Shown here piece by piece: positions 40,891-55,149 of a stretch of 64,000 nt of DNA. How positions within the stretch are numbered: the stretch's first letter is position 1; each line of letters begins with the position of its first letter. The notes beneath the pieces are model-generated. The model did no database searches. It had not been told where the DNA came from and saw only the letters and a list, made by a program, of their open reading frames with translations. The DNA is from Octopus vulgaris (Eukaryota), in assembly GCA_951406725.2 (NCBI GenBank), contig OX597822.1:64480001-64544000 (forward strand), read 5' to 3'. Position numbers and translations under genes: made by a program.

Positions 40891-41732
40891 AACCTAAACT
40901 TAGGTATAAAGCTGTAGAAATGGTATTTGCAGGTTTAACTGATGTCCCTTTATTTTCTTGGTTCAGTAAATGTTTTCAATTTACACGATCCAAAAAGGGA
41001 GCTTCTAGGTGAAATTGCTTGACTTTTGCAACCGAAAATCTCTAAAAATACACTTTTAAGAAACGAAAGGACACATTTTGTTTTTAATTATACATTCCTA
41101 AATACTAATAAAAAGATAGAATAGTCACGGGTGGAAAATCTTTGATTACAGGTGTACTTAATCATGATTGAGAGCAAGTGTTAGGTGAAACAAGAAGAAA
41201 AACATTATGAGAATTTGATGTGTTTAGCTGTCGTGAGGGGAGACGAATGTAAAGTTCCTGGTTCATGTCCTTTATAAGGCAATTAGCAATTGTTTGTACT
41301 AGTAGAATTTTAGACTGCGATGCTGTATAAGCAACACCATGTTTTGTAAACTGTTTTCATTTTTCAATTCTGTATTTCTGAGATGTGGAACTCTGCTTAC
41401 ATTAGAGGTGTCTTCATCTCGATTGCTGGTTTCAGTACTTTTGTGTTGTCTACACTCCAGTCTGCTCAGAAATATAGAATTGAATATCCGATTGGTACGG
41501 AGCCGACATAAAACAAGAATGGAGTTTTATAAGCCTAAAAAAGAAATCTCTTAACACTGACTACAGGCATAACATAGTAGATAAAGACGTTGATTAATGT
41601 AGCCATCTATAGTTTCTGAGTTCAATCCCAGGTAAGGTACTTATACTTAAGTGAAGAACAACGTACCTGAAAAACGCTTATTTGAAAGAGAGCTGTACAT
41701 AGCGGGGTTATCTTATAGGCTTTGTAGAACAT

Positions 41733-42035
41733 TGGTGAAGACGTGTGGCCTAGTGGTTCGGGTATTCGGCTCATTATCGTAAGGTCATGAGTTCGATTGC
41801 AGCCGGCGCGTTGTGTCCTGAGAGCAAGACACTTTATTTTACATTGATCCACTCAGTTGGCAAAAAAGAGCCGTACTTGAACTTCAAAGAGACAACCTTG
41901 TTACATTCTGTGTCAGGCTAAGTCTTCCTCACAATTACATTAAGGATACACATGTCTGTGGAGTGTTCAGTTATTCGAAATGTTCAGTAGATTGGATCAA
42001 CTGGAACCGTCAACGTCGTAACCGACGGAGAGCCA
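41733..42035 (+). mobile_element. SINE family C
   Basis: Diverged family C match. Confidence 0.75.
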
Positions 42036-42500
42036 GTATAACGTTGAGCAGTTGTATGCTGTAGTTCATACTTTTAGAAACATTAAGACATTTCGTAATA
42101 AGTAACAAAAACAAAAAAAAATGAATGTGTTTTCTATGCTTCTTTTTATTTATTCCTTAATTTCAAATTCAAACTTCCAATCCCGCCAAATATATTATCA
42201 AGAAATGATTATCTCCCCTGTATTAACTGACCGCTCGGAGACACAACGTACTTATCATGCATATTGCTGCAAATATTGTTGGTAATGGTGTTGTATGATT
42301 CGCAATCTGTTTATCACATGTGTTCTGACTATTTCCCCAACCTCTTTGTGGTGAGAAAGGATCGATATATCGATGAGAGCAAAGTCATTTTAGTTTCATT
42401 CCTCTCTTCTTATATCTAGACTGATCTCAATCTCGCTGTCAATCGCGACGTGCATCTTCTAGATGATTATGACAAAATTGTTGTCATGTATTGTGTGTAA

Positions 42501-42790
42501 TGTGGAGGTACATGGCCTAGTGGTTAGAGCAGCGGACTCGCGATCGAAGGATTGCGGGTTCGAATCTCAAACCGGGCGATGTGCGTGTTTATGAGCAAAA
42601 CACCTAAGCTCCACGCAGCTCTCCAGAAGAAGATAATGGCAAATTTCTGCTGACTCTTTCGCCACAACTTTCTCTCACTCTTGCAGCTCACCAGCGACGG
42701 ACCGGCGTCCCGTCAAGATGGGGAACCTATACGCCAAGGAAACCGGGAAAACGACCCTTATGAGCCAGGCATGGCTTGAGAAGGAACGAA
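42501..42790 (+). mobile_element. SINE family E
   Basis: tRNA-like head tggcctagtggttagagcagcggactcgcg...ggttcgaatctc. Confidence 0.8.
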
Positions 42791-43114
42791 CATTGTGTGT
42801 GATGCATAATAATACCACTTGTTATCCGTTTTCACATCGAAGTCTTGGCCTACTCCAAGTGGATATACATCTCTCAATCCGTTTTTGTATCACTTTATCT
42901 TGCACATCCCTACATGGATTCGTAAAAGTTTTATTTGTATCTATGTACGTATGAACACTTGAGGCTAAAAAAGAAATTATTACTCATATCTTCGTGACTC
43001 AGGACTGACCTTATTCCTTGTAGAATTTAGGGTAGCGTGATATTACCAGTAACCATAGATATCCACAAGATGTCAATACGCCATCAAGTATTCAAAACCC
43101 TTCTAGTGATATTC

Positions 43115-43205
<91 letters not shown>

Positions 43206-43751
43206 GAGTGAGAGAGCAGTGCATGCTATCAAAGTGACACTGGGGTAAAATATACGAAGCCCAGTATACCCATCATGACTACCCGTCTGATAAGGGTACA
43301 CTAGGCACATGCATCACAACCATATGTGCGCGACATGGTGATCTCATATCAAGATAAACAGCACATGACCTTGCAGGTGGGGCCCAGTTAGAATTTTCTT
43401 CAGGTCGAGTAACCCATCCCACTCGAAAGGTCCCTGAATAAGGGTTGTTTAAGGATGTTGAACGAAACACCCATGTTTCCAGAGGTGAATTATTCAAACC
43501 CCAAAGAATCCCTCTCAACACACGGCTATGATGCTCTCCTACTACTTCTGCTCGTGATCAGAGATGCACATATCGTCAGCCACTAAGGGACATGCTCAAC
43601 TGGTTAAGGTCAAACAATTAACAAGCAAATCTGTGGTATTGAGCAGAATATTTGCTGTAGCCCATCTTTTATACCAAGACAAAACAATGTACATGATAAC
43701 ACTTCCAATCAGTTAAGATCAGAAGCCATGAGAGCCACTGCCTGATACTGC
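43206..43751 (-). mobile_element. ~550-bp non-coding element in (TAA)n, copy 1
   Basis: Highly similar to 44850-45405; (TTA)n on both sides; strand inferred from the (TAA)n tail. Confidence 0.8.
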
Positions 43752-43774
43752 TATTATTATTATTATTATTATTA

Positions 43775-44297
43775 TCATTATTATATGGAAACTCACAGCT
43801 TATTTTGCTGTGTGTGATAGAAAGTGTCAGCTGTCCATAGCCAGCAGGCTAAGATGACACTTACTGGTCATGCTTCAAGAAACCTGCGAAAAATTCTTGC
43901 AGTTCTAAGCAATGCTGATTTTTGTAGGTGTTCTTGCACCAATCTTTTTCAGCCATGTTGGTAGTTGAGTGCTGATACTTCCAAATGCACCAATTACTCT
44001 TGGTATCACGTCTACTCCCTTCATTGACCACGGCCTTCGTATTGTCCACTTTAATTCGTCATAGTTGTTTAATTCTTCTTCTTCTTCTTCTTCCACATTG
44101 ATCTTGTTGTCACCGGGGCATGCTATGTCGATTATCATAAATGTTTTTCCTTTTTTATTCACCACCACAATGTCCGGTTTCCGATGACTGGTCAGGTGAT
44201 CGCACTGGATCATTGCATCCCACAGGATTTTGTAATTCTCATTTTTGATGACCCTTTCTGGAGTTTGCTCATACCACGCCTTTGCTCTTTATAGGCC
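43775..44297 (-). pseudogene. R4/Dong-clade non-LTR retrotransposon 3' fragment (restriction-like endonuclease)
   Basis: WYEQTPE..ILWD..IQCD....HRKPDIVV....IIDIACPGD (PD..D motif)...VIP.VIGAFG...QKSALL.TARI.R; short 3' UTR, then (TAA)n. Confidence 0.9.
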
Positions 44298-44344
44298 GTG
44301 ATTTCTAGAGAGCTCCCAACCGATCACTCTTGCCTGTATAAATA

Positions 44345-44454
44345 TTCTTCTTCTTCTTCTTCTTCTTCTTCTTCTTCTTCTTCTTCTTCTTCTTCTTCTT
44401 CTTCTTCTTCTTCTTCTTCTTCTTCTTCTTCTTCTTCTTCTTCTTCTTCTTCTT

Positions 44455-44485
<31 letters not shown>

Positions 44486-44496
44486 TTCTTCTTCTT

Positions 44497-44557
<61 letters not shown>
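44345..44557. repeat. (CTT)n followed by (TTA)n
   Basis: Directly visible. Confidence 0.95.
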
Positions 44558-44558
<1 letters not shown>

Positions 44559-44599
44559 CCCCTCCCATCAAATTTCAGGCCTTCTACTTATAGTAGAAA

Positions 44600-44810
44600 A
44601 GGCGGCGCACTAGCAGAAACGTTAGCACACCGGATAAAATGCTTTGCGGCATTTCATCCGTCTCTACGTTCTGAGTTCAAATTCCGTCGAGGTCGACTTT
44701 GCCTTTCATTCTTTCGGGGTCGATAAATTAAGTACCAGTTAAGTACTGGGGTTGATGTAATCGACTATCCCCTCCTCCAAATTTCAGGCCTTGTGTCTAT
44801 AGTCGAAAGA

Positions 44811-44812
<2 letters not shown>
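44600..44812 (+). mobile_element. SINE family B
   Basis: Family B match. Confidence 0.8.
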
Positions 44813-44849
<37 letters not shown>

Positions 44850-45405
44850 GAGTGAGAGAGCAGTTCATGCCATCAAAGTGACACTGGGGTAAAATATACG
44901 AAGCCCAATATACCCATCATGACTACCCGTCTGATAAAGGTACACCAGGCACATGCATCACAACCATATGTGCGCGACATGGTGATCTCATATCAAGATA
45001 AACAGCACATGACCTTGCAGGTGGGGCCCAGTTAGAATTTTCTTCAGGTCGAGTAGCCCATCCCGCTCAAATGGTCCCTGAATAAGGGTTGCTTAAGGAT
45101 GTTGAAAGAACCACCCATGTTTCCAGAGGTGAACTATTCAAACCCCAAAGAATCCCTCTCAACACATGGCTATGATGCTCCCCCACTACTTCTGCTCGTG
45201 ATCAGAGATGCACATATCGTCAGCCACTAAGGGACATGCTCAACTGGTTAAGGTCAAACAACTGACAAGCAAATCTGTGGTATTGAGCAGAATATTTGCT
45301 GTAGCCCATCTTTTATACCAAGACAAAACAATGTACATGATAACACTTCCAATCAGTTAAGATCAGAAGCCATGAGAGCCACTGCCTGGTACTGCATCAG
45401 GGCAT
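44850..45405 (-). mobile_element. ~550-bp non-coding element in (TAA)n, copy 2
   Basis: Highly similar to 43206-43751, about 9 nt longer at the inferred 5' end. Confidence 0.8.
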
Positions 45406-45644
45406 ATTATTATTATTATTATTATTATTATTATCATTATTATTATTATCCCTTCCCATCAAATTTCAGACCTTATACCTATAGTAGAAAAGATCATCAT
45501 CATCATCATTATTATGAACGAATGTTAAAAATCATTCCTCGATATTTTTTCTCTCGAAAATAAATGTCATTTGATACAAGTCACCTCTGACTTTATAATT
45601 TTTTTTTTCTTCTCCTTTCAAAAAGTACATCTGACACACACCCG

Positions 45645-45713
<69 letters not shown>

Positions 45714-45864
45714 ACACACACACACGAACACACACACACACACACACACCAATCACACGCAACAGAGACGAACAATAAACATAAGCTGAGTTGACATTTC
45801 TTTATGTTCAATAAAAACCTCTCATTTATCGCTGTTATTGTTGTTGCAGTAATTATTATTATTA

Positions 45865-45896
<32 letters not shown>

Positions 45897-46009
45897 GGTA
45901 TTTCATAATCTAATTTCCTGTCTTTGTAACATGAAAACGAAGCGTTTTCTTCTTCTTTTTATTCCCCCTCCTCCTCCTCCTCCTACTACTACTACTACTA
46001 CTACTGCTG

Positions 46010-46083
<74 letters not shown>

Positions 46084-46812
46084 GTGAAGCGCCATTCCAA
46101 CCTCACACCAGTTCGCTGCTTATTAGTCACTCATGCGCGCCAGGCGTCAGTTTTCAGTAAAAATACTATTAGAGTCATTATAAGGAACAAAGGAATTGGT
46201 ACTGAAGTGTAGACTCACATGCAGGCACACTCACACACACGTACACCCACACGCACGCACAGATAGACAGAGACACGTACTCGCACACATACACACACAC
46301 ACATATGTACATACACACTCTCACGCACACATACACACACACGCAGACAGAGACACGCAATCACACACACACACACACATAGACACACACACACTCACAC
46401 ACACTCACACTCGCACACAGACAGACAGACACGCACGCGCACTCACTCGCGCACACATACATACACACATACACAGACGGACAGAGACAAGCATTCGAAC
46501 ACGCACATACACACACACACTTACACACACACAAACATTCACACGTGCACACAGACAGACAGACACGCATTCGCGCACACGCACACACACACACATTCAC
46601 ATACACACATACAGACACACACTTGCACACACACACACATACACACACAGACAGACGCATACACTTATGTATCTTTTAACCTCTTACTTGCACCCATACC
46701 AGGGCACTGCCTTGAACTTTTGGACAAATGAATTGACCTAAAACTGGCACTTATTCTATCGAATTCTTTCGCCGAACCTCTAAGTTACGGAGATGTGAAA
46801 ACACTAACATCG

Positions 46813-46884
<72 letters not shown>

Positions 46885-46960
46885 ATGGTTTCCTTTAATG
46901 GCAGAATTAATAGTCAAGACTATTTAAACATTTGATCTGATCAAATTCATCGTATATATA

Positions 46961-48082
46961 CAGAGGTTGGACAAAGTAATGGATACATCTTAAAATTTCA
47001 ACCAAATATATTTTAATATGGAGTAGGACCGCCTTTGGCAGTAATTACAGCCTGAATCCTACGCGGTATGGACTCGTACAAAGTTTGAACTGTTTCCAAA
47101 GGAATTTTTGTTCATTCTTCTGCTAAAACAGTCTCCAGTTCTTGTAGTGATGATGGTGGAGGATATCGGCTTCTTACTGGTTTTTCTAAAATGCACCATA
47201 AATGTTCAATAATATGTTCAACTTTACTAGAATGTTCCTCGTGCAACTCAGTAACAACTTTAACTGTGTCAATTGGTGCATTATCGTCCTGAAAGATTGC
47301 GTTTCCCTCCGGAAACTGTTCCGCAACCATAGGATGAATTTGATCAGATAAAATGTTTAAATAGTCTTGACTATTAATTCTGCCATGAAGGGAAACCATT
47401 GGGCCAGCGGATTTCCAAGATATGGTCCCCTAGATCATCACAGATCCTCCTCCATGTTTAACAGTTGGAAGAAGGCAGTCCGGGTAAAATGCTTCTTTTG
47501 GGTCTCTCCATACGTATACTCGGCCGGTGGCTGGAAATAAAGTAAAGTGTAACTCATCTGAGAAAATAATATTCTTCCACTGCTCTAGGGACCAATTCTA
47601 TAGATTTTTACTCCATTCTAAACGCTTTGCAACGTTTGTTTTTGAAAGTAGTGGTTTACTCATTGCAGCCTTCTCGTGAAATCCGGCTTTGTGCAGCTCC
47701 CGGCGAACAATTTTTGCGGAAATTAGGTTCTAGAGGTGGTCATTAAGCTCTGCAGTAATTTTGGGCGCTGTACTTTTCTAATAATTCGTTTTGGTTTTCT
47801 TCCGGAGTGTTGTTTCGACGTTGAGGTTTTCTCCTCTTTCTCAAAGGCTGTCATTACTTTCGAGGCAATACTTCTTGATACACCAAACATTTCGGCTGTT
47901 TTCGCCTGGCATACGAGCAACAACAATTTGACCTCTTTAATTGTCAGCAATTGTAACAAACATATTAAGCAGCACTAATAATAAATAAAAAAACATAAAA
48001 ATAAACAAGCGTTTGACGGTTTTATAGATATTTCAAAATTATGATGCTATGATGTTAATGTTTTTCCATTATTTTATCCAAC

Positions 48083-48087
<5 letters not shown>
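46961..48087 (-). mobile_element. Tc1-family DNA transposon, full-length, decayed
   Basis: TIRs cagaggttggacaaagtaatgga / tccattattttatccaacttctg with TA TSDs; HTH region (TAEMFGVSR..SGRKPK) and DDE region (IFSDE, FQDDNAP, IEHLW) in broken frames. Confidence 0.92.
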
Positions 48088-48134
<47 letters not shown>

Positions 48135-48754
48135 ATATGATGGAGAAATAAAGATATGTATAAATATATATTACGGAGAAATAAAGATATATATATATAT
48201 ATATGCATATATATGATGGAGAAATAAAGATATATACATATATGCTTTGGCTTTTGGTTTACAGGATTCTTGAACTGAATTCGTGTATTGGAACAAATTT
48301 TATTGTCTTGGGACATGCACAGATTCAATTCCACTTCTTTATTATTAATCAATTGGTTAAATATCCAAGCAACCAAGCTAGTCGATTGCTTGTTTAAAGT
48401 ATTGGTTGAACAGATAATCGGTTGGTTGTTTGTCCGTCAAAGTACCTTCGTTGTTGTTCGCAACCTTTTCAGTGATCCCTGGCTTTCTTACACGCTTCAA
48501 GATCAGCTGTCATCTGTTTGATAATCGATCCTATAGGACCTTGGAGCGAGTCCGAGACAGTGTCAACGTCTGCATATAAATTGCACAGGCATCTGAAACA
48601 ATTGGCGAAAGTATGGTACATGCTTTCAAATCATCCTCACCTACGAATAGCAGCTTGCTGTACTTCATGAAATTACATCATAAAATTACTTCATAAAAGT
48701 ATTGGGTTGGTTTTCTAGTTCTTGAGACACACAGAGACGCGTTTACATACATGC

Positions 48755-48950
48755 ATCTCTTTTAGTCTTTTACTTGTTTCAGTCATTTGACTGTATCCAT
48801 GCTGGTGCATCGCCTTTAGTCGAGCAAATCGACCCCAGGACTTATTCCTTGTAAACCTAGTATTTATCCTATCGGTCGCTTTTGACGTAAACCCACCAGC
48901 ATCGGTTGTCATGCGATGTTGAGGGACAAATACAGACAGACAGACAGACA

Positions 48951-48998
<48 letters not shown>

Positions 48999-49010
48999 CG
49001 ACGGGCTTCT
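48755..49010 (-). mobile_element. SINE family A, partial
   Basis: Family A match. Confidence 0.8.
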
Positions 49011-49034
49011 CTCATACATACATACATACATATG

Positions 49035-49270
49035 TGCATTTTCGGTCATTTTCGGACACACGTCCTTTTCTCCAGATATTTTACTCTTTTCTCCTTCCCT
49101 TCTTCACTAGACGTTTTTTTCCTCTTTCCGACGAAGAGCCATGCTCGAAGCGTCATTTCCACTCATATTTTCCCATCTCAAATTTTCACTGAGCGTCACT
49201 TGTAATACATTCACTGTGTACGTCTCACTGATTTTTTCTTTCATTTTCCTAGCTTTATTTTTGATTTACA
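49035..49270 (+). mobile_element. diverged D-type element with a degenerate hammerhead motif
   Basis: TTT CCGACGA A GAGC cat GCTC GAAGC GTC at ~49125-49154; downstream ctgagcgtc motif shared with D1/D2. Confidence 0.55.
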
Positions 49271-49522
49271 CACACACACATACACACACACACACATAAG
49301 CGAACGTACCCTTATAAATATGTAGCCATATTTTTTATTTAATATGTTGTATGTTCTGTCATTCCATTTATTTCACTTACACAGAGAGTGGTCGTGACCT
49401 TGACTAACCTTAATCACAGTCACTTGGTAAATTACCCGTTTATGCGAATTAAAATATGGTGTGTATGTATGTGTGTCTAGTTACTACGCCTGTATATGAA
49501 TATATATTTGTACGTATGTATG

Positions 49523-49559
<37 letters not shown>

Positions 49560-49624
49560 ATATATATTCATGTATGTATATATATATAAATATATATATG
49601 TATGTATATATATATATTCAAAAT

Positions 49625-49930
<306 letters not shown>

Positions 49931-49954
49931 AAATATACTCATATATATCTCACT

Positions 49955-50350
49955 CCGCTGTGTGGAAAGTAGCTTGCTTACCAGCCACATGGTTCCGGGT
50001 TCAGTCCTACTGCGTGGCACCTTGGGTAAGTATCTTCTACTATAGCCTAGGGCCGACCAGAGCTTTGTGAGCGGATTTGGTAGACGGAAACTGAAAGAAG
50101 CCCGTCGTATATATGTATATGTATATATGTGTGTGTGTGTGTATACATTTGTGTATCTGTATTTGTCCACCCCCTCCAACATCGCTTAACAACCGATGCT
50201 GGTGTTTTTACGTCCCCGTAACTTAGCGGTTCGGCCAAAGCGACCGATAGAATAAGCACTAGGCTTACAAAGAATGAGACCTGGGATCGATTTGCTCGAC
50301 TAAAGGCGGTGCTCCAGCATGGCCACAGTCAAATGACTGAAATAAGTAAA
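49955..50350 (+). mobile_element. SINE family A
   Basis: Family A match. Confidence 0.85.
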
Positions 50351-50964
50351 ACAGTATATATATATATATATGTTAATAAAATATATATGTATTTATATGT
50401 GTGTGTGTGTGTGCGTGCGCGCGTGTGCAACTGTATGAGTATGTTTGTATGTATGGATATGAGCGTGTATATCTGTATATATGTATGTATATTGGTGTGT
50501 GGAATGGTTATAAATTTATACAAAAAATAACATATATATATTTACGATTTCCCTTTTCATTAGTGACATAGCTATCCACCCACGCAAAACCTCTTATACT
50601 GGCCTGTTTGTGAGGGTGTGTTTGTGTGTGCGAGCTTATGTGAGAGAGAGGAGGGAGATAGAGGTAGACATAAAGAGAGAAAGCGAAACAGACAAGGAAA
50701 GAGAGAGGGAGTGTAATTCTATGTAGGAAAAGAAGAAGACGAAATGAATTACCTTGCTCACTCATACGAAAAGATAGGCTCCTTAATATTGAGCTTTACA
50801 GCCTGCAGAGATAAAGGGACGAAACTTCTAATGAATGAATGTAGGAAATGGGCACATTGAATAAATATTACGACTCTCACGGATGCATTCAACCGACTAC
50901 GGACGGGTTATATGTGTGGGTGGGTACATATGTACGTACATGTAAATGTAAGAGTTTATCTATG

Positions 50965-51034
<70 letters not shown>

Positions 51035-51055
51035 GCTGTCTGTCTATCTATCTAA

Positions 51056-51101
<46 letters not shown>

Positions 51102-51149
51102 CCCTATCTATTTATTTATCTATCTATCTATATTTACATAGATATATTC

Positions 51150-51205
<56 letters not shown>

Positions 51206-51243
51206 GCATATATATATATCTATATATATATTCATATCTATAT

Positions 51244-51314
<71 letters not shown>

Positions 51315-51395
51315 TATATGTATATGTATATATATATATGTATGTATTTATGTATATATATATATGTATATATGTATATATACGTAAATATATAT

Positions 51396-51443
<48 letters not shown>

Positions 51444-52283
51444 TTATATATATATGCGTGCTTGCATACATGTGCGTATACATAATTGTAAGCACGTGTA
51501 CACATCATTATACATGGTTATATCTTGACGATAAATGTGTTTGTCTATTCAGCTATCTTCTCTCCTAAACTTTCGCCTCCATTTTTTTCTCTCTCTCTCT
51601 TTCCGTTATTTTTGCTTTTGTTTTGTCTTTTCGCACCTACCTGCCCAGATGTTTACATTCATACACAGAGACAACCCTCACACACGTACAAACGCATCCT
51701 TCCCCTACACTTATACGTCTTTGTGTGTGTGTGTGTGTGTGTGTATGTAATTTTACGTGCATGTGTATATGCTCTACGTTGCAATCCGTTAAGAATAAAG
51801 ATAGAGCTATACCAAATACTGTCATATGTACACGACTGTTAATGTACTAACACATAACAATATGAAATATAAATTATTGATGTTGTTGCTTCAGTTACTT
51901 TTATCTCTGTTGTTGTTGCTGCTATTGTTATTGTTGTTGTATGTTGTTAAGTAGTTGCAATCACATCTGTTTGAAGAAAGCTATTTTGAATCTGTTCGCT
52001 GGCGCAAAAGACACTTACCGGTGCATCAAATGGACAAAATATGCCATTGTCTGTTCAGAATGGGTAGCGATGTGTGGAAAATAAGACTCTGTGATGTATT
52101 TGCTGTGTGTTATGTTGAAATCTTTGTCAAAATTCGTAGGAAAGAATACTGGGTCTCTTCAAAATATAAAAATGGATTCGGAGGACATTTTATTTTGACG
52201 ATTAGAACATCTAACAAGCGATGGATTAACCCTTAAGCAAGATAAGATATTTTGCGGTCGTAAGTGCAACTTAACCACGTGCC

Positions 52284-52369
<86 letters not shown>

Positions 52370-52371
52370 TA

Positions 52372-54826
52372 CAGACATATCACCCTATGTCGTTAATTAG
52401 CTCTATGAGATACGACGTAAGTCGAAAAACGACTTAAGTCGAAAAACGACTTAAGTCGAATTTACTTGTCTTTAGGCTAAACTGATAATAACCATTCCAA
52501 GTTTTGTACTTTCTTTATGAATGAATTTTTAATAATACATGGTTAATAAAAAACCTATTTTAAGCTTACAAGCAAATAATATTTATCTTTTAATACAGTA
52601 CAGTAAAAAAAAAAGATTGCAAATACAATTTGTTGGTGTTTACCGTATATCGCGGATGCTTTATTTATGAATGCAGTTTGCAATAAGACATGGTAAAATA
52701 AAAGCCTGTCTTTAAGCTTACAAAACAAATTCAGTAATTATTATTTTGCAGTAATAAAAAAAAATTATATTAAATTTACCAATATGGACATACAATTTGG
52801 TGGTTTAACAGCGCGGATGTAGATGGCTGTGGATCATCAACATCAACAACTGACTCTGGCTGTTCTTGTTCGATGCACTTAAAAAACCGGCTGAGAGTTC
52901 CTTGAACTGCCTTTTTGTTTTCTTCAATGATTACATTATAAGGAGCAAAAGCTTCGTGACAAACCCCCATAATCTTGGAAAAGCGTTGAGCAGTTGGATC
53001 CACATACTCGAACATAGAAATACCTTTTTCGATACATGCAAATGCTTGCTTCATTTTCTTAATGGTAAAGTGACGTGACTCAGGCTCGACTTCCCCTTCT
53101 TCTTTATTTTGCTGCTCGTGAAGCTCTATCAAATTCTCGTTCGTCAAGAGCTGCTTGTCTTTTTCAAATAAATCTGTGAAATCCTCTTCCTCTAAATCCA
53201 TTTCCAGTTCATTGCTCGTAGTCACCAACATTTTGTTGATGGCAACATTATCAAACCCCTTAAAATCATTCACAAATTGCGGGCATAGCTTCTTCCATAT
53301 ATCATTCATAGCTGTGCTCTGTACATCATTCCATGCTACTGCTATGTTCTGTACAGCCTTGTAGATATCGTATCTCTTCCAAAAGTCATGAAGTGCAATG
53401 GACTCGTCAAGATCAGTTGCAGCTATTGCTTGCTGCAGTGTACGCTTCATATAGTAACGCTTGATGATAGCAATTATTCCCTGATCCATTGGCTGCGGAA
53501 GAGACGTGGAGTTCGAAGAGAGGTAACGTCGGGGGTAAAAATCTACGTTGTTTTAAGGATGGCCAGGATTATTATCTAAGATAAGTAAAACCTTAAAAGG
53601 AATCTCCTCCTTGCAGTACTTCTCTGCTGCTGGGAAAAATCTTCAACAACAACAGCAACAACAACAGTAACCCATGCTTTTGAACTAGCCATCCATATAA
53701 TAGGGAGAGATGCCTTGGGTATGTTCTTCAGGGCACGGGGGTTGTTTGCATGATACACAAACAATGGCTTTAACTTAAAATCTCCTGCACAATTACCTCG
53801 TAACATAATAGTCACACGTTCTTTTGAGACTTTGTAGTCAGGAATTGTGTTCTCCTCTTTGGAAATAAATGAACAGTCTGGCAATTTTTTCCAATATAAT
53901 CCAGTTCGTTTACATTAAAAATCTGTTCGAGAAGAAACCCGTTTTCTTCGATGATTTTCTTTAATATATTTGGAAATTCCGCTTCTGTAAGGAGCTTCTT
54001 CGCTCCTTAAATCTCATGAACCATCCTTGACTTGCCTTGAACTCTACATCTTTATCATCTGATTATTTATTCCTCAGGTCCTCAAACAAAGACCACGCTT
54101 TCTCTTGAATGATTTCTTGACTAATAGTAGCACGCTGACGATTCAACCTAACAATCGAAAGAGAAAGAAGACTGTCCATTTCTTCAAAGATTTTGCCTCT
54201 TTTCTTATCGATGACAGTGTTCTTCATCAGTGGGGCTTCAGATTGGATATGTGCTAAAATCTTGTCGTTATTATGTACAATCGTCGATACAGTTGTCCGA
54301 CTCATCCGACATCATGGCGTTTTATCATAGCCAGTTTATCTTCCAGCGTTATAGCATGAATTTTTTTAGGAGCTGTCAGGGCAAAAAATAAAGTCACAAA
54401 TGAATGAGAATGATAAAGTAACCGATAAACAGACGTAAACATATCTGAATTCAAAACAATCGCGGGAATCATGAGTGACAACGACACCTAGCGGTAAATA
54501 TTGGAACTACAGTGCAATATGCACACCGAAAGACCGATAAATAAGATAACACGGCTGATTTTCTGATTTCGTTTACTAAGCTACACAACTTTATGGTGTG
54601 TATCTTAACATTTACTGTACGTATTTTAATATGATTTTATATGCTTTTATTCTTATTTATTGTACAGCAACATGATTTTATGTGCTTTTAACGGTTTTCT
54701 AGTGATTTTACGATTCTAATATTTGTGGCGGACAGACATAGAGTCGAGGAAAATGACTTAACTTGTTACATATATCATTTTTGAAAACCGAGGCATAATC
54801 GAAAACGACTTAAGCCGAAGTATCAT
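52372..54826 (-). mobile_element. Tigger/pogo DNA transposon, decayed (ends approximate)
   Basis: Subterminal palindromes cgacttaagtcg near both ends; transposase remnants inside. Confidence 0.75.
52776..54380 (-). pseudogene. Tigger/pogo (CENP-B-like HTH plus DDE_1) transposase pseudogene
   Basis: ITLEDKL, SRTTVSTI, IIQEKA, FKASQGWF, KERVTIML.GNCAGDFKLKPL, NPRALKN, KAWVT, QPMDQGII motifs across frameshifts and stops. Confidence 0.92.
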
Positions 54827-54846
54827 ATACATATATATACATACAT

Positions 54847-54896
<50 letters not shown>

Positions 54897-54924
54897 ATGG
54901 GATATATATATATATATATGTGAT

Positions 54925-55110
54925 ATTAAATGGGATATAATTGCTTCAGCACCTTATAGAGCTTATAATAATAAAAAAAAATGTTTTCTTTGTTTAAATA
55001 AGAAATTTTTCATCTTCTCGGAAAAATTCCCTTTACTTAACCTCAGAGGCGAGAGAAATAATTCATGTCTACACATGGGAAAATATGTATTTCCAAATAT
55101 AAATAGATAA
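54925..55110 (+). pseudogene. Penelope-like element GIY-YIG endonuclease C-terminus
   Basis: IKWDIIASAPYRAYNNKK/CFLCLNKKFFIF...LLNLRGERNNSCLH..K matches the PLE pattern I.W.I....Y....C.LCL.EK..I...LLN.R.E....C.H. Confidence 0.75.
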
Positions 55111-55149
55111 GTGCTTAATTACCTTTCTCACTGCTATAGTTATATATAT

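Noticed and set aside
41396-41470. Possible small minus-strand exon (cag|...|gtaag)
   Set aside because: Splice-like signals only; no recognisable protein and no partner exons.
43206-45405. The two 550-bp repeats as LTRs of one retrotransposon
   Set aside because: No TG..CA ends, PBS or PPT; the interior is a non-LTR fragment, microsatellites and a SINE; each repeat has its own (TTA)n flanks.
48250-48700. Coding-like unique segment (possible hAT relic)
   Set aside because: No convincing motif in any frame.
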